NCBI RefSeq assembly: GCF_006345805.1
Contig: NC_043017.1
Coordinates: 10,912,001-10,976,000, forward strand
Length of the DNA: 64,000 nt
Direction of reading: 5' to 3'
Source: Octopus sinensis
Taxonomy: Eukaryota
How positions within the stretch are numbered: the first letter of the stretch is position 1; each line of letters begins with the position of its first letter. The notes under the pieces are model-generated. The model did no database searches. It saw only the letters and a list, made by a program, of their open reading frames with translations, and was not told the origin of the DNA. This document shows positions 1 to 12,331 of this stretch, piece by piece. The translations under genes and the position numbers were made by a program.

Positions 1-494
1 GGTTTGGGTATTAGGCTCACAATTGTAAGGTCATGAGTTCAATCCCCAGCTGTGTGTTGTGTCCTTGAGTAAGACACTTTATTTGATGTTCCATCAGTCC
101 ACTCACCTGGCAAAAATGAGTTGTACCAGTAATTGAAAAGAGGTCAGCCTTGTCACATTCTGTGTCATGCTGAATCTCCCTGAAAACTTCATTGAGGGTC
201 TGTGCTTCTGTGTAGAGTGCTCAACCACTTTCATGTTAATTTCATGGGCAGGCTGTTCTGTTGATAATCTGCATATCACTTTCTAATTATGCTTCCACAA
301 ATTGTTATTTTTTTTATTTATGTTGCAATTGTTTTCTGCAGTATTGTACACCTGTGCATATATTGCACACCTGTTATACCTTATCACACTTCACCAATTT
401 AAACTCTGCTGTTTCGTTACTGCAGTTTATCTTGAACCAAGTTGTATGCAGGTTTTGTGTCAAAAACAGTAATTTCAATTGTACACATTTTCAG

Positions 495-590
495 AAAATA
501 AAATGCATGACTGACCAGGTCCTAACAACTGGAACGCTTGTTGTTGTAACCAATGGAGTTGCAGGCAGAACAAAGGACCACGTCTTGGAT
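495..590 (+). CDS. Candidate upstream coding exon of the CNK gene (KIKCMTDQVLTTGTLVVVTNGVAGRTKDHVLD), phase 0-0
   Basis: Acceptor cattttcag, donor GAT|gtaagc. Only phase 0 is open, which matches the phase-0 start of the 14346 exon. No recognisable domain, so it is unconfirmed. Confidence 0.45.
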
Positions 591-1850
591 GTAAGCCTTC
601 ATCTTGGTTTGAAGAGTGTGTCTGTCCTTCTGTGTGTGTGTGTGCCCACACATATGTACTTATGATCAGAAATGAGTAACACGGAGTACTGGAAACAGGA
701 GCCATTCAATTATAGTGTGTTAAATAATAATCTATACTTGTATTGAGTCATTTAATTTATTGCTTGTGATGAGTCGACTGAGATACACACACACACACAC
801 ACACATACACACACACACACAATATAAGCACTGATGTGGCTGTGTGGTTGAGAAACTTGCTTCCTAACAATGTGATCTCCGGTTCAGTCCTATGTGGAAC
901 CTTGGACTAGTATCTTCTTTTATAGTCCCAGGCTGACCAAAGCCTTTAATGAGTGGAAAGTGAAAGAAGTCCACAGTTTGTGTGTGTGTGTGCGTGTGTG
1001 TACTCTTGTTTTGACATCTTGCATTGGTTGTAAATGAGCATCACTGTTATACAAGTGGTGCTGTTCATTTTCAATCATTCATGAAAAACATGTCAGGCCA
1101 TGGGGGAAATATTACTTTACTTGGAAATAGGTGAGAGTTGGCAACAACAAGAGCATCCAGCCATAGAAAGTCTGCCTCAGTAAATTTCCCAACCCATGCA
1201 AGCAGTTTGGCAAAAGAGACTGACAGAATGAGTACTTGAACATTAAAGAAAAAAAAAGTACAGGGGTTGATTTATTCATCTAAAAATCCTTCTAGGTGGT
1301 GCCCCAGTATGGCCGCAGTCTAATGACTGAAACAACTAAAAAATTAAAGATGTGTTTGTCTGCTGTGAAAAGAGTTCCAGAATGGCTGAGAAGTTGATCT
1401 GTGATGGACTGGTAATCCAAGTTAATCTCTTATGTTAGGAGTCTTCAAGATCATAATAATCTTAAGCCTAATCTATGTGTGTGTCTGTGTTCGTTATGTG
1501 TCTAAAATAATGTTGTCCTATTTTCCTATTTCTATAACGTAGGAATTTAATAAATAGAGCATGTAAAAGAACTCATTAGTAGATTCATATTAATTAGACT
1601 CTTATTCGTATTAACTACAGTTCTTCACATCTATTAACCCAGATGTAAAATAATGTGTGTGTGTGTGTGTGTGGTAAATTGGCTAATCTGTGAATATATT
1701 ATCATTTAATATCTGTCTTCCATGTTAGCTACATACATACATATATACATACGTGGCTCAGTGGTAAGAGCATCGAACTGATAATCATGAGAAAGTGAGT
1801 TCAATTCCCTGACCAGGCAGTGTTGTGTGTTCTTGAAACTTGGAGCATTA

Positions 1851-2212
1851 ATGCTTTTAAGAAATTTAGAACCTCCAAAATTTCACAATGGAACAAGGCT
1901 TATTGTGAAGAAAATGCTGCTGTATGCTATAGAAGCTACTGCACTCTTGAGGCAGAACAGGTGAGAATGTATTTGTTTAATGTCTACTGGTTTACCTGTA
2001 CAGTTTTAAAGAGTACAGTTTCCAGTTAGACCAAGTTTTGCAATATCCATCAAGAAATCATAGGGACAGACATTAGCAGGAAGTGATTTGCAATTAGAAG
2101 TCTTGCTTCTCTCATGGACAATTGTATGTTGGATGCTCACATGGTCAAAGTTCAAAAAAATCTTTTCATTTATACTCCATTGGGAAAAACCCGTTATGTT
2201 GTGTATAAAGAA
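1851..2212 (+). mobile_element. Helitron RepHel helicase C-terminal fossil (frameshifted, with a stop)
   Basis: Translates across frameshifts to MLLRNLEPPKFHNGTRLIVKKM..AIEAT / VQFPVRPSFAISIKKS*GQTL / CFSHGQLYVGCS / NLFIYTPLGKTRYVVYKE. These are typical Helitron PIF1-like helicase motifs. Confidence 0.88.
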
Positions 2213-2399
2213 TTCCCATTGTTTCTTTGTTATGTATTTCCTGTTTTAGTCTGTTGTTGTTGATCTCACGGAATTTGTTGTTCTGTTAGTATTGTTAGAA
2301 TCACTAATCACAATAAATATTGTGGAAATAGACAAGGTTTGGAATGAAATTCCATCTGTTTTTTTTTTTAACATGGCCAATGTCAAGTAGTTCTGTTTA

Positions 2400-2455
<56 letters not shown>

Positions 2456-2539
2456 CTGGAGTAAACATATGCAAGGTGGAAAAAAAGAGTACTCAAATAC
2501 AGGGGTAGAGTAATATGCTTTATTAAAATTTTAACAAAA

Positions 2540-2577
2540 CTGTCCGACGAACGGGAACGTGAAACTCTGAGTAACAG
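2540..2577 (+). ncRNA. Minimal type I hammerhead ribozyme fold (variant core CCGACGA) in a TA-flanked repeat
   Basis: CTGT-CCGACGA-ACG(GGAA)CGT-GAA-ACTC(T)GAGT-A-ACAG: stems I, II and III all pair, with a GUA cleavage triplet. Confidence 0.75.
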
Positions 2578-2615
2578 GTATTGTTGAATTCTGCTGCTTT
2601 TAAATAAAGTATATA

Positions 2616-2678
<63 letters not shown>

Positions 2679-3656
2679 GATAGATAGATAGATAGATAAA
2701 ACTTACTTTTAAGTGGATGCGTGGCGTTCGATCATATAATAACAAATTAATAAATAAAACATATGCATATATACATACATATATGTACATACCTACGGGA
2801 ATATTCCTTGTGTTGTATGTCTTGTACTCTGTTTTTTCATTGTTTGAAAAAGTCTGTTTCCATGTTTTTGTTTTTATGTTTTCGTTTCTCATTGTGTTCT
2901 ACGTTTTTTTGATGTCCTGTACCCATATATGCATGTATATATACATATAGATATAGGTATGTACATATATACATATGTTTTATTTATTAATTTGTTATAT
3001 ATATATATATGTGAATCATCATCATTTAATGTCTGTTTCCATGTTGGCATGGGTTGGACAGTTTGACAGGAGTCGGCAAGCTGGAGAGCTGTACCGGGCT
3101 TCAATTGTCTAGTTTGGCAGGGTTTCTATGGCTGGATGCCCTTCATAACACTAACCACTTTACAGAGTGTAATGGGTGCTTTTCATGTGGTACCAGCAAA
3201 CACGCATACATACACATGTATATAACATATGCCAGCATAGAAAACAGATATTAAATTATGATGAATGCTCATTTTTTTATGCTGTCATAGGTGTGTGTGT
3301 GTGTATATATATATATATATTATATATATATATAGAGCTCATGTTTCTATACTGTTGTGGGAATTTGTTCTCATGATATATATATATATATACACACATA
3401 CATACATACACACACATCTATGAACTTAGACTAGTTGACCTGCTCTGTAGTTGCAGATTTTCTCATGACAAAACTGTACAATTTGAAAATTAATCCTCCC
3501 ATCTGTCAGATGTGTGTGTGTGTTTATGGAGGTATCTATATATCGATCTCCTTTATATGTATAAAATGACAAAAATACAGACGAACCAAATAACTCCATC
3601 ACCCCTTTTGAGTTCCTTTTTATATTTTCCACCTTCATTATGGCCACTCCCAAACA

Positions 3657-4183
3657 GTGGAAGGAATCCAGGGTAGAAGGAGACCCAGGAAGACATGGAG
3701 TGAGGTGGACCTCACAGAGGCAAAGTGAGTTCACAGCTGTAACCTACACCAGTGTTGCATAACCAGCCCTCTCAAAAAGTACCTTGGATTGTAGGGCGAC
3801 ATGCCATGCTTGAGGGGACCTATTGAGTCAAGTACATCAAAATCAAATGCAAATTATAGTTGTGACCCCCATGCTGGTGGCATGTAAAAAGCACCATCCA
3901 GACATGGCCGATGCCAGCGTCGCCTTGACTGGCTTCTGTGCCGGTGGCACATAGAAAGCACCATCCGATTGCAGTTGATGCCAGCTTCTCTGGCCCCTGT
4001 GCCTGTGGCATGTAAAAAGCATCCACTACACTCTCGGAGTGGTTGGCGTTAAGAAGGGCATCCAGCTGTAGAAACACTGCCAGATCAGATTGGGGACTAG
4101 TGCAACCTCCTGGTTTCCCAGACCCAGTTGAACTGTCCAACCCATGCCAGCATGGAAAACGGACGTTAAATGATGATGATGAT
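3657..4183 (+). mobile_element. RTE-clade LINE 3' end (ORF end VEGIQGRRRPRKTWSEV, 3' UTR, (GAT)n tail)
   Basis: RTE C-terminal GRPRKTW-type motif followed by the UTR family (agcacccactacactc...ggacgttaaa-gatgat) that recurs through the window. Confidence 0.8.
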
Positions 4184-5061
4184 TATGAAATCTTTTTGTT
4201 CCGTAGCATTTGGGTAAAGGAAATAACTAAGGGCTTATATATTGTGTGTATATGTGTATGCATTTATATGTAAATATATGTGTATGTATTGTGGGTATGT
4301 ATATGTGTGTATATGCATGTGTCTATGTATACATGTGTAACTTAGCAGTTCAGCAAAAGAGACTAATGAAATAAGTACCAGGCTTTAAAAAGAACTTGTA
4401 TTGAGGTTGATTCACTCAGCTACAAATTCCTCAAGGTGATGCCCCAGCATGGCCGTAGTCTAATGACTGAAACAAGTAAAGGATAAAAGATTTGTGTCTA
4501 TGTATGTGTGCATATATATATATATACACACACACGTGTGTGTATGTATGTGTGTGTGCATATATATATATATACATATGTGCGTATGTATGTGTGTGCA
4601 TATATATATATATAAAACATTATGTTATATAATTAGGGTTCAGTAAAATAATTTACTTTACCGTGGTAAAGTAAATTATTTTACTGAACCCTAATTATAT
4701 AACGTAATGTTTTAAATATACCGTAAATGGTCTTTTTACATACTGAACACTACTTGGTAAAATTATTAATTAATAATTAATTAATTTTACCCTTTTATTA
4801 TTGACTATATATATATATATACATACGTGTGTGTATATATGGGTTTATGTGTCTTGACATATTGTCAACATGTGACAGTTGTAAACAAGTGTCACTGTCA
4901 TACAAGCAGTGTCATTCATTCCCAATCTTCCACTAAAACATGTCTGGCCACGGGGAAGTTTTACCTGGCTTGGAAACAGGTTGGGGGTCGGTGATTAGAA
5001 GGGAATCTGGCTTTACCCAAAACATCTGCTCCACTTTAGTCCATCAGACCCAGGTAAGCAA

Positions 5062-5229
5062 CAGGGCCGGCTCAAGGTACTGGCAACTCGGGCAGTTTAC
5101 CTTGGGGTGCCATGTGCTAGGGGTGCACCAAGGGGCGGGGTGGGGTTGCATGACAAAGACAAGGAAATTTCCATGACCGTGCCGAAGTTCAGCTTGCCCG
5201 GGGCACCAGCAACCCTAAGGCCGGCCCTG
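5062..5229. mobile_element. hAT-type MITE
   Basis: TIR CAGGGCCGGC / GCCGGCCCTG; 8-bp TSD gtaagcaa / gtaaccaa. Confidence 0.85.
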
Positions 5230-6599
5230 GTAACCAAGGGAAAATGAACATTAAAACAGCTATGACAATGAGGGGCGTGATTTGAAGGACGTCTTTCTTT
5301 TGGCTGCTGTTTCAAGCATGGCTGAAGACCACATAGTGTTTCATTGTTGTTGTTGCTGTTTATGTTTGATGTGTAAGTCTGTTATTAGTCCTTTGGGGGT
5401 GGTGGTGATGATGGGGTACTTCGTAATGCCTTTGATACTAAGGATGGGTAGCTTGCTGCCTGGTTGGTTGAGGTTAGGGGGATGGGTGGCGTACAGTGCA
5501 ATATGGTGATGCTGTTCGTGGTGTTGTGGTGGGCGTGGTAGGAGTGTGGGGGGATGGAGGGTGAGGGTGAGGGCGGCAAGTAATGTAATAAGGTGGATGA
5601 AGGTTACCTGCTAAGTTTTTTTTCATCACCTGTTTTAGTGGGGTTTCTGACGGTGGTGGTGGTTGTTGTGGTGGTCTTGGTTGTAGTTGTAGTGGTGGTA
5701 GTCGCGGTGGTGAAAGTTTTGGTAGTTGTAGCGGTGGTAACAGGATTAGATGTAGTAGAAGAAAGTTGTGGTGGTTGTTGAGGTTGTTGTTGTGGTGGTC
5801 TTGGTTGTAGTTGTAGCGGTAGTGAAAGTTTTGGTAGTAGTAGTTGTGGTGGTAGTAGCGGTGGTAACAGGATTAGATGTTGTAGTAGAAGAAAGTTGTG
5901 GTGGTGGTGGTGGTGCTGGTGTCGGTTGTGTTAATTACGGCGGTGGTAGAAATAGTAAATGGTATAACAGTCGTAGTAGTAGTAGGCATAATGTACTATT
6001 AGTAGTAGTAGTAGTAGTAATGGTGGTGATGGGGTGGGGAGCGTCGTCGTCATCAGTAGAATAATGATGGTGGTGGTGGTGGTGGTGGTGGTGGTAATCA
6101 TAGCAGCTGGGGATGCAACTCTGGCAACAATTAACGGCAGCTGTACAGCAGCAGCAGCACTTTTAGTGCTTAATGATAGCGGTGATGATGATGATGATGA
6201 TCATCATCATCATCATCGTCGTCGTCGTCATAACGAAGGTGATGTAAGTGGAATAAGGTGAATGGTGCGAACCCACTTCGTGTTGGCAATTCAGATTTAC
6301 GCAGGCAAAACACATACACACACGCACCTGTGTTTGTATGTGTGTATGTGTTTATGTATAGCTCTGTGTGTGTGTGTGTACACATAAGTACTAACCGTAT
6401 AAAAAAAATATGCATAAGCGTCCCTAAGAGTTTTGTAGTCATTTTGTGTGTGTGTGTGTAAATATATACGCACACACGTACACATAGTGTTCTGACACGC
6501 ACGCACACACACACACTATACATACATATTGCTAATATATATACGTGTATACACGCACACGCACATCTTAAGAAATGTCTACACTGAACGAACACCACA

Positions 6600-6791
6600 C
6601 ACCACACCATACACACACACACTCATACACACACACTCATACACACACACTCATACACACACACTCATACACACACAAACTCATACACACACACACTCAT
6701 ACACACACACACTCATACACACACACTCTCATACACACACACACTCATACACACACACTCTCATACACACACACACTCATACACACACACT

Positions 6792-6822
<31 letters not shown>
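6600..6822. repeat. (ACACACACTCAT)n 12-bp-type minisatellite
   Basis: Direct reading. Confidence 0.9.
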
Positions 6823-7763
6823 TATACATCCATATTGCTAATATATATATATACGTGTATACACGCACACACATCTTAAGAAATGTCTACACTGAACGAA
6901 CACACACACACACACATACACACACACACACAAACCTGTTAAGCAATCCGGTTTTGTAAAAGTAAGCAGCCACGAGAAAACGAAGCAGTCTGTGCGCGCG
7001 CTCGCGTGCTGAGAGAACATTGAAGGTGTGTGTATATATATGTATATATGTGTGTGTCTAGGCTGCTGCTGCTGCTGTATGTATAGGATGAGTGTGTGTG
7101 TATAGCGAGTGTGTGGTGGTAGTGGTGGTGATAGTGGTGAGCTGTTATTACAGAGCAGACAGCAGACGTCAGAAGGAAAGAGTAGAAGCAAGAGCAACTG
7201 TTGTTTTTCGCTGTTGTATACGACAATAGATTTATCAATTTTTTATTTTATTAAGGTGCGATCTGGGATGAATACCACATCATCACCGTTACTAGTCTAG
7301 AAAAAAAAAAAAAACACCACCACCACCACCACCACCATCAACCATATATTGGGTTGTTTATTCTCTTGAGTATTACCATGATGATAATGATGATGATGGA
7401 TCGATGCTAGTTCCTGCTTTTGAAACTAACTTCGCCGAAAGCACATAACACTAATACACACACAGACACACACACATTCTCTCTCTCTCTCACACACACA
7501 CATACATACATACACATTCTGTCATTCATTAATACACATACATACAGAACCTATTTCCTTCTAACACACACACTCATTCATTCTTTCTCTGACACACACA
7601 CGCACATCATTCATTTAGCCTATCTATCTCACCCTTATACATACACCTTTCTCTCTCTCCCTTTCTTTTTCACACATTCTGTTTGTCTCTATCACCCAAA
7701 CATTCTCTCTCTCTTGCATTCTCTAATACATACACATCACTAACACACACAGTTTCTCTATCA

Positions 7764-7815
<52 letters not shown>

Positions 7816-8032
7816 CTCTCTCACACACATTAAGTCTTTGTTTCACACATACACACACTCGGAGTCCGCTTTCTTTGTTGGATCTTACCTACATTGTGTT
7901 TTTTTCTCTCTACATTGTTGTTACATACAACAACAATTCTGGCCACGGACACGGTTAGTAATAATAACAATAATAATATTATTATTCTTGGAGTTATTGT
8001 AATTTGAACTTGTTAAACACTCTTCCTTGCCA

Positions 8033-8064
<32 letters not shown>

Positions 8065-8794
8065 TTGTGACTATCCTCTGTCTCGTTTGATTTGCTTGTG
8101 TGTATATGTGTATGACTTTATTTTTTCTGTTTCGCTTCATTTGCTCACACACACACACACAAGGACAAATCAAACAAGACAAAATAATTATGTTTATAGA
8201 CACGGATGAATTACACAGTCCGATGACGGCTTTGCTGGCCGGAACTTCGGAAGTCACTGTCAATTTTATTCTTGTTAAAGAATAATGATTTTCTAATCTA
8301 CAGTTGTTCAACCCTGCGAGAAACAACAGCCAAATTTCTCTCAAATCACATTGCCGAATTAAGAAAAAAGGATACGTTGCAATAACGTAGTTTCATACGG
8401 AATGGTCACGGCTAGAATGGCTTTTGATCAACAAGTCTTTCTTATTCGGGGGTTTTCCTGGGTCTAAACACCAACATTGATGCCACCGTCGCTACTTTAC
8501 CATACATACCACTAATAAACTACTATCATAGCAACGCCGCCAACAAACATGGATTATCACCACTATCGTATTAAGTCATGTTCTATGTTTTTCATGTTCT
8601 ATGTTCGAACCTCGCCAAAGTTAGTTCTTGCCTTTCGCCCTTCTGAGGTTGATAACTATTTGATGCCAGCCAAATACTGGAGGAAGACGGAACGATTCCT
8701 TGGGGCTTTTATCTTTTTTTTTTTTTTATAAACTTGTTTCAGTCATTGGACTGCGGCCATGCTGGGGTTCCGTCTTGAATGGTATTAGTTGAAC

Positions 8795-8931
8795 ACTTTG
8801 CCTTTCATCCTTTCGGGGTCGATAAATTAAGTATCAAGTTACGCACTGGGGTCGATGTAATCGACTTAATCCCTTTGTCTGTCCTTGTTTGTCCACTCTG
8901 TGTTTAGCCCCTTGTGGGTAATAAAGAAATA
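8795..8931 (+). mobile_element. 5'-truncated SINE family B inserted in a family A copy, 14-bp TSD
   Basis: TSD ggtattagttgaac at 8781-8794 and 8932-8945. Confidence 0.88.
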
Positions 8932-9937
8932 GGTATTAGTTGAACGAATCTACTCCAGGATTTATTTTTTTGAAGCCCGTTACTTATTTTATCGGTGTTT
9001 TTTGCCGAACCGCTGCGTAAACAAACCAATATCAGTTGTCAAGTGGTGGTGGGGGACAAACACACGACAGGCTTCTTTCAGTTTCCATCTACCAAATCCA
9101 CATACAAGGCATCGGTCGGTCTGTGGTTAGAGAAGATACTTGCCCAAGGGGGCCATGCAGTAGAACTGAAAACATGATCACTTGGTTAGGGAGCAAGCTG
9201 CTTAACCACACAGCTATGCTTATGGAAGGAATTTGAGAAATTTCAAAATCACAGCACACAAGTGTGTGTGTGTGTGTGTGTGTAGCTGGGAGGGCCTTCA
9301 TGTGGTCATCTGACATGCTAGAAACAACCGCCATCAGGTTTCGTTTACTTTTATAAACTTGAGACATGTTATGTTCATCAGGCTGCACTACTAAAAAAAA
9401 ACCCCACAAGATTTGTGGATTAAGTGCTAAGAAATAGGTGAGATGGTCATGGCTGTATTGCCCGAAAGCTTAGGTCTGCTGCTCGATTGAGGGCCGGCTA
9501 ATGGAGGGCAAACAATAAGAGAGCAACAGTTCACCGCTAACATCTCTCTACGGCTCCTCACCGCCAACACTGCCACCCTTACTGTAATACACCCTGAACA
9601 TAGCAACAGCATCCACCCTATTACACCACCACCAGCACCATACACACCACCATTCATAATAATAATAATAATAATAATAATAATGTTCAGTTGTTGTATC
9701 AAGTTTTCAGTCTTTTGTACTTTTCATGGTCGTTCATTTCTTTCATCTTTTCTCTTTTTTCATCTTTTCTCTTTTTTCATCTTTTTTCTGTCTCTCTTTT
9801 CTCTCATCATCTCTCCCTCGCATCATTTCTTACATCTAATTAATATACAGGCGTCGTACATCTTACTTCTCTATCAATATATCTATATTTTCTTTTATTG
9901 TTTTCGTTATTCCGTCATCATACACATTCTAACTTCA

Positions 9938-9939
<2 letters not shown>

Positions 9940-10004
<65 letters not shown>

Positions 10005-10725
10005 TGTGTGTGTATAATATGTGTGTGTGTGTGTATATATATGTGGTGTGTGTGTATATATATGTGTGTTGTGTGTATATATATGTGTGTGTGTGTGTAT
10101 ATATATTTGTGTGTGTGTATATATTATTTTGTGTGTTGTGTATATATATTGTGTGTGTGTGTATTATATGTGTGTGGTGTGTGTATATATATTTGTGTGT
10201 GTGTGTATATATATATTTGTTGTGTGTGTGTATATATATATATATTTGTGTGTGTGTGTATATATGTGTGTGTGTGTATATATATTTCTGTGTGTGTATA
10301 TATATATGTGTGTGTGTGTATATATATGTGTGTGTGTATATATATTTGTGTGTGTGTGTATATATATTTGTGTGTGTGTGTATATATATATTTGTGTGTG
10401 TGTGTGTATATATATATATTTGTGTGTGTGTGTGTATATATATATTTGTGTGTGTGTGTATATATATATATTTGTGTGTGTGTGTATATATATATTTGTG
10501 TGTGTGTGTGTATATATATATTTGTGTGTGTGTGTGTATATATATATTTGTGTGTGTGTGTGTGTATATATATATTTGTGTGTGTGTATGTGTGTGTATA
10601 TATATATTTGTGTGTGTGTATGTGTGTGTATATATATATATATGTGTGTGTATATGTGCGTATGTATATATATATATTTGTGTGTGTATATATGTGTGTG
10701 TGTGTATGTATATATATATATACTC
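9940..10725. repeat. Compound (CT)n/(AT)n/(GT)n microsatellite
   Basis: Direct reading; explains the CVYI-rich pseudo-ORFs. Confidence 0.95.
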
Positions 10726-12105
10726 ACACCTCTCTCCCCCTCTCAGTTTCATCGTCTCCTACCTACCTTCTCAATTCTCTCTCCTATCCTCATACACATA
10801 CACGCGCGCGCGCATTTGTATACACCACTTCTTCTTCCTCCCCCCTCCGCATCATCCATGTTCTAACCTCCCAGACATAACTTTACATGTACATGTGTGT
10901 GTCTTAATGAATCATTAACTTGTTAATTACAAATATGGACTCTATTTTGTTTCCCCTTTTCGTCATCATACATAAATGTTGTAATTATTCCTATCTTTAT
11001 TTACTTTGGATATGTGTGTGTGTGTGTGTGCGAGAGAGAGATAGAGAGTGTGTATGTACATTTTGTTATGTAAACTGTATTGCGTATGTGTGTGTATATG
11101 TTGTCGTTTGTACGCAGTAGTGTGTGTGTGTTAGTGAGTCTGTGCATTCTGTAGTGTGTGTCTGTGTGTGTTCTGGGAGAGCAAAACAAGACTTGTGTTT
11201 GAAATCCGTTTGATGCTAATAATGTTGTTGTTACTGCTGTGGTTGTTTAGCCCCAGGCGAGTTCTAGATTAATAGGCCTACAGGATCGAAGGTATTTCCA
11301 GCCGTGACCATAAAGTTTTTATTTCACATTATCTATCTAGTCATCTGGTTATCTTCATATCCAGTGTAACCCCACCATTTTTTTAAAGGTGGGTTGTGTA
11401 ATGCCACCACTATCGTCACAACACCTAGCCTAGCACCACACCACACCACTGTACCAGCACCGCTACTATCCCAGCAGCACCACTGCACTAACACCAGGCT
11501 TACACAACATCACCCACTACCATTGTACTAACACCACTCGACCACCACCGGATGAGGGAAGAAATTTGGCTGTTATTTCTAGCACGTCGAACGACCACCT
11601 AAAGGCCTCTAATGATTGAGGCCGTTGCTGGGTTCATTGTTGTTACTGTTGTTGTTGTTATATTTTGTATCGTTATTGTTTTGTCATTGAATTGTTGACA
11701 GAAGACTTTTGTTTTTCTTTTTTTGTTGTTTTGTGCCATGTGTGAGAAACAATTATTATTATTGATGGTTTCAGGTGGTGGTGAGCTGGTAGAATTGGTA
11801 GAGCATCAGACGAAATGCAGAGCATCTTTTCTTCTGAATCTATACATTCTGTGTTCAAATTCCTCCGACAACGTCTTTGCCTTTTATCCTTTCAGGGTCA
11901 ATGAAATAAGTACCAGCTGCACACCGGGGTCAATGTAATCGACTGTCCCCATTCTCTCAAATTTTCTGGCCTTGTTCCCATAGGAAAAAAGATTATGACG
12001 ATGCCAGACACAATGCTTAGCAGCAATTCTTTCTGCTTTTTCACTTTCTGAGTTCAAAAGTCCAACTTTGCATTTCATTCCTCCAGGGTTGATAAAATAA
12101 GTACC

Positions 12106-12331
12106 TATTTCTTTACTACCCACAAGGGGCTAAACACAGAAAGGACAAACAAGGACAGATAAACGGATTAAGTCGATTATATCGACCCCAGTACGTAACT
12201 GGTACTTATTTAATCGACCCCGAAAGGATGAAAGGCAAAGTCGACCTCGGCGGAATTTGAACGTAGCGGCAGACGAATTACTGCAAAGCATTTCGCCCGG
12301 CGTGCTAACGTTTCTGCCAGCTCGCCGCCTT
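12106..12331 (-). mobile_element. tRNA-headed SINE family B (ggcggcgagctggcagaa...cccttgtgggtagtaaagaaata) nested in an older B copy
   Basis: TSD taaaataagtacc at 12093-12105 and 12332-12344. Confidence 0.9.

Noticed and set aside
9683-10918. Long ORFs (411, 290, 281, 261 aa), and similar ones at 6529, 20382, 39146 and 55372
   Set aside because: They are translations of TA/CA/GT microsatellites that lack stop codons.
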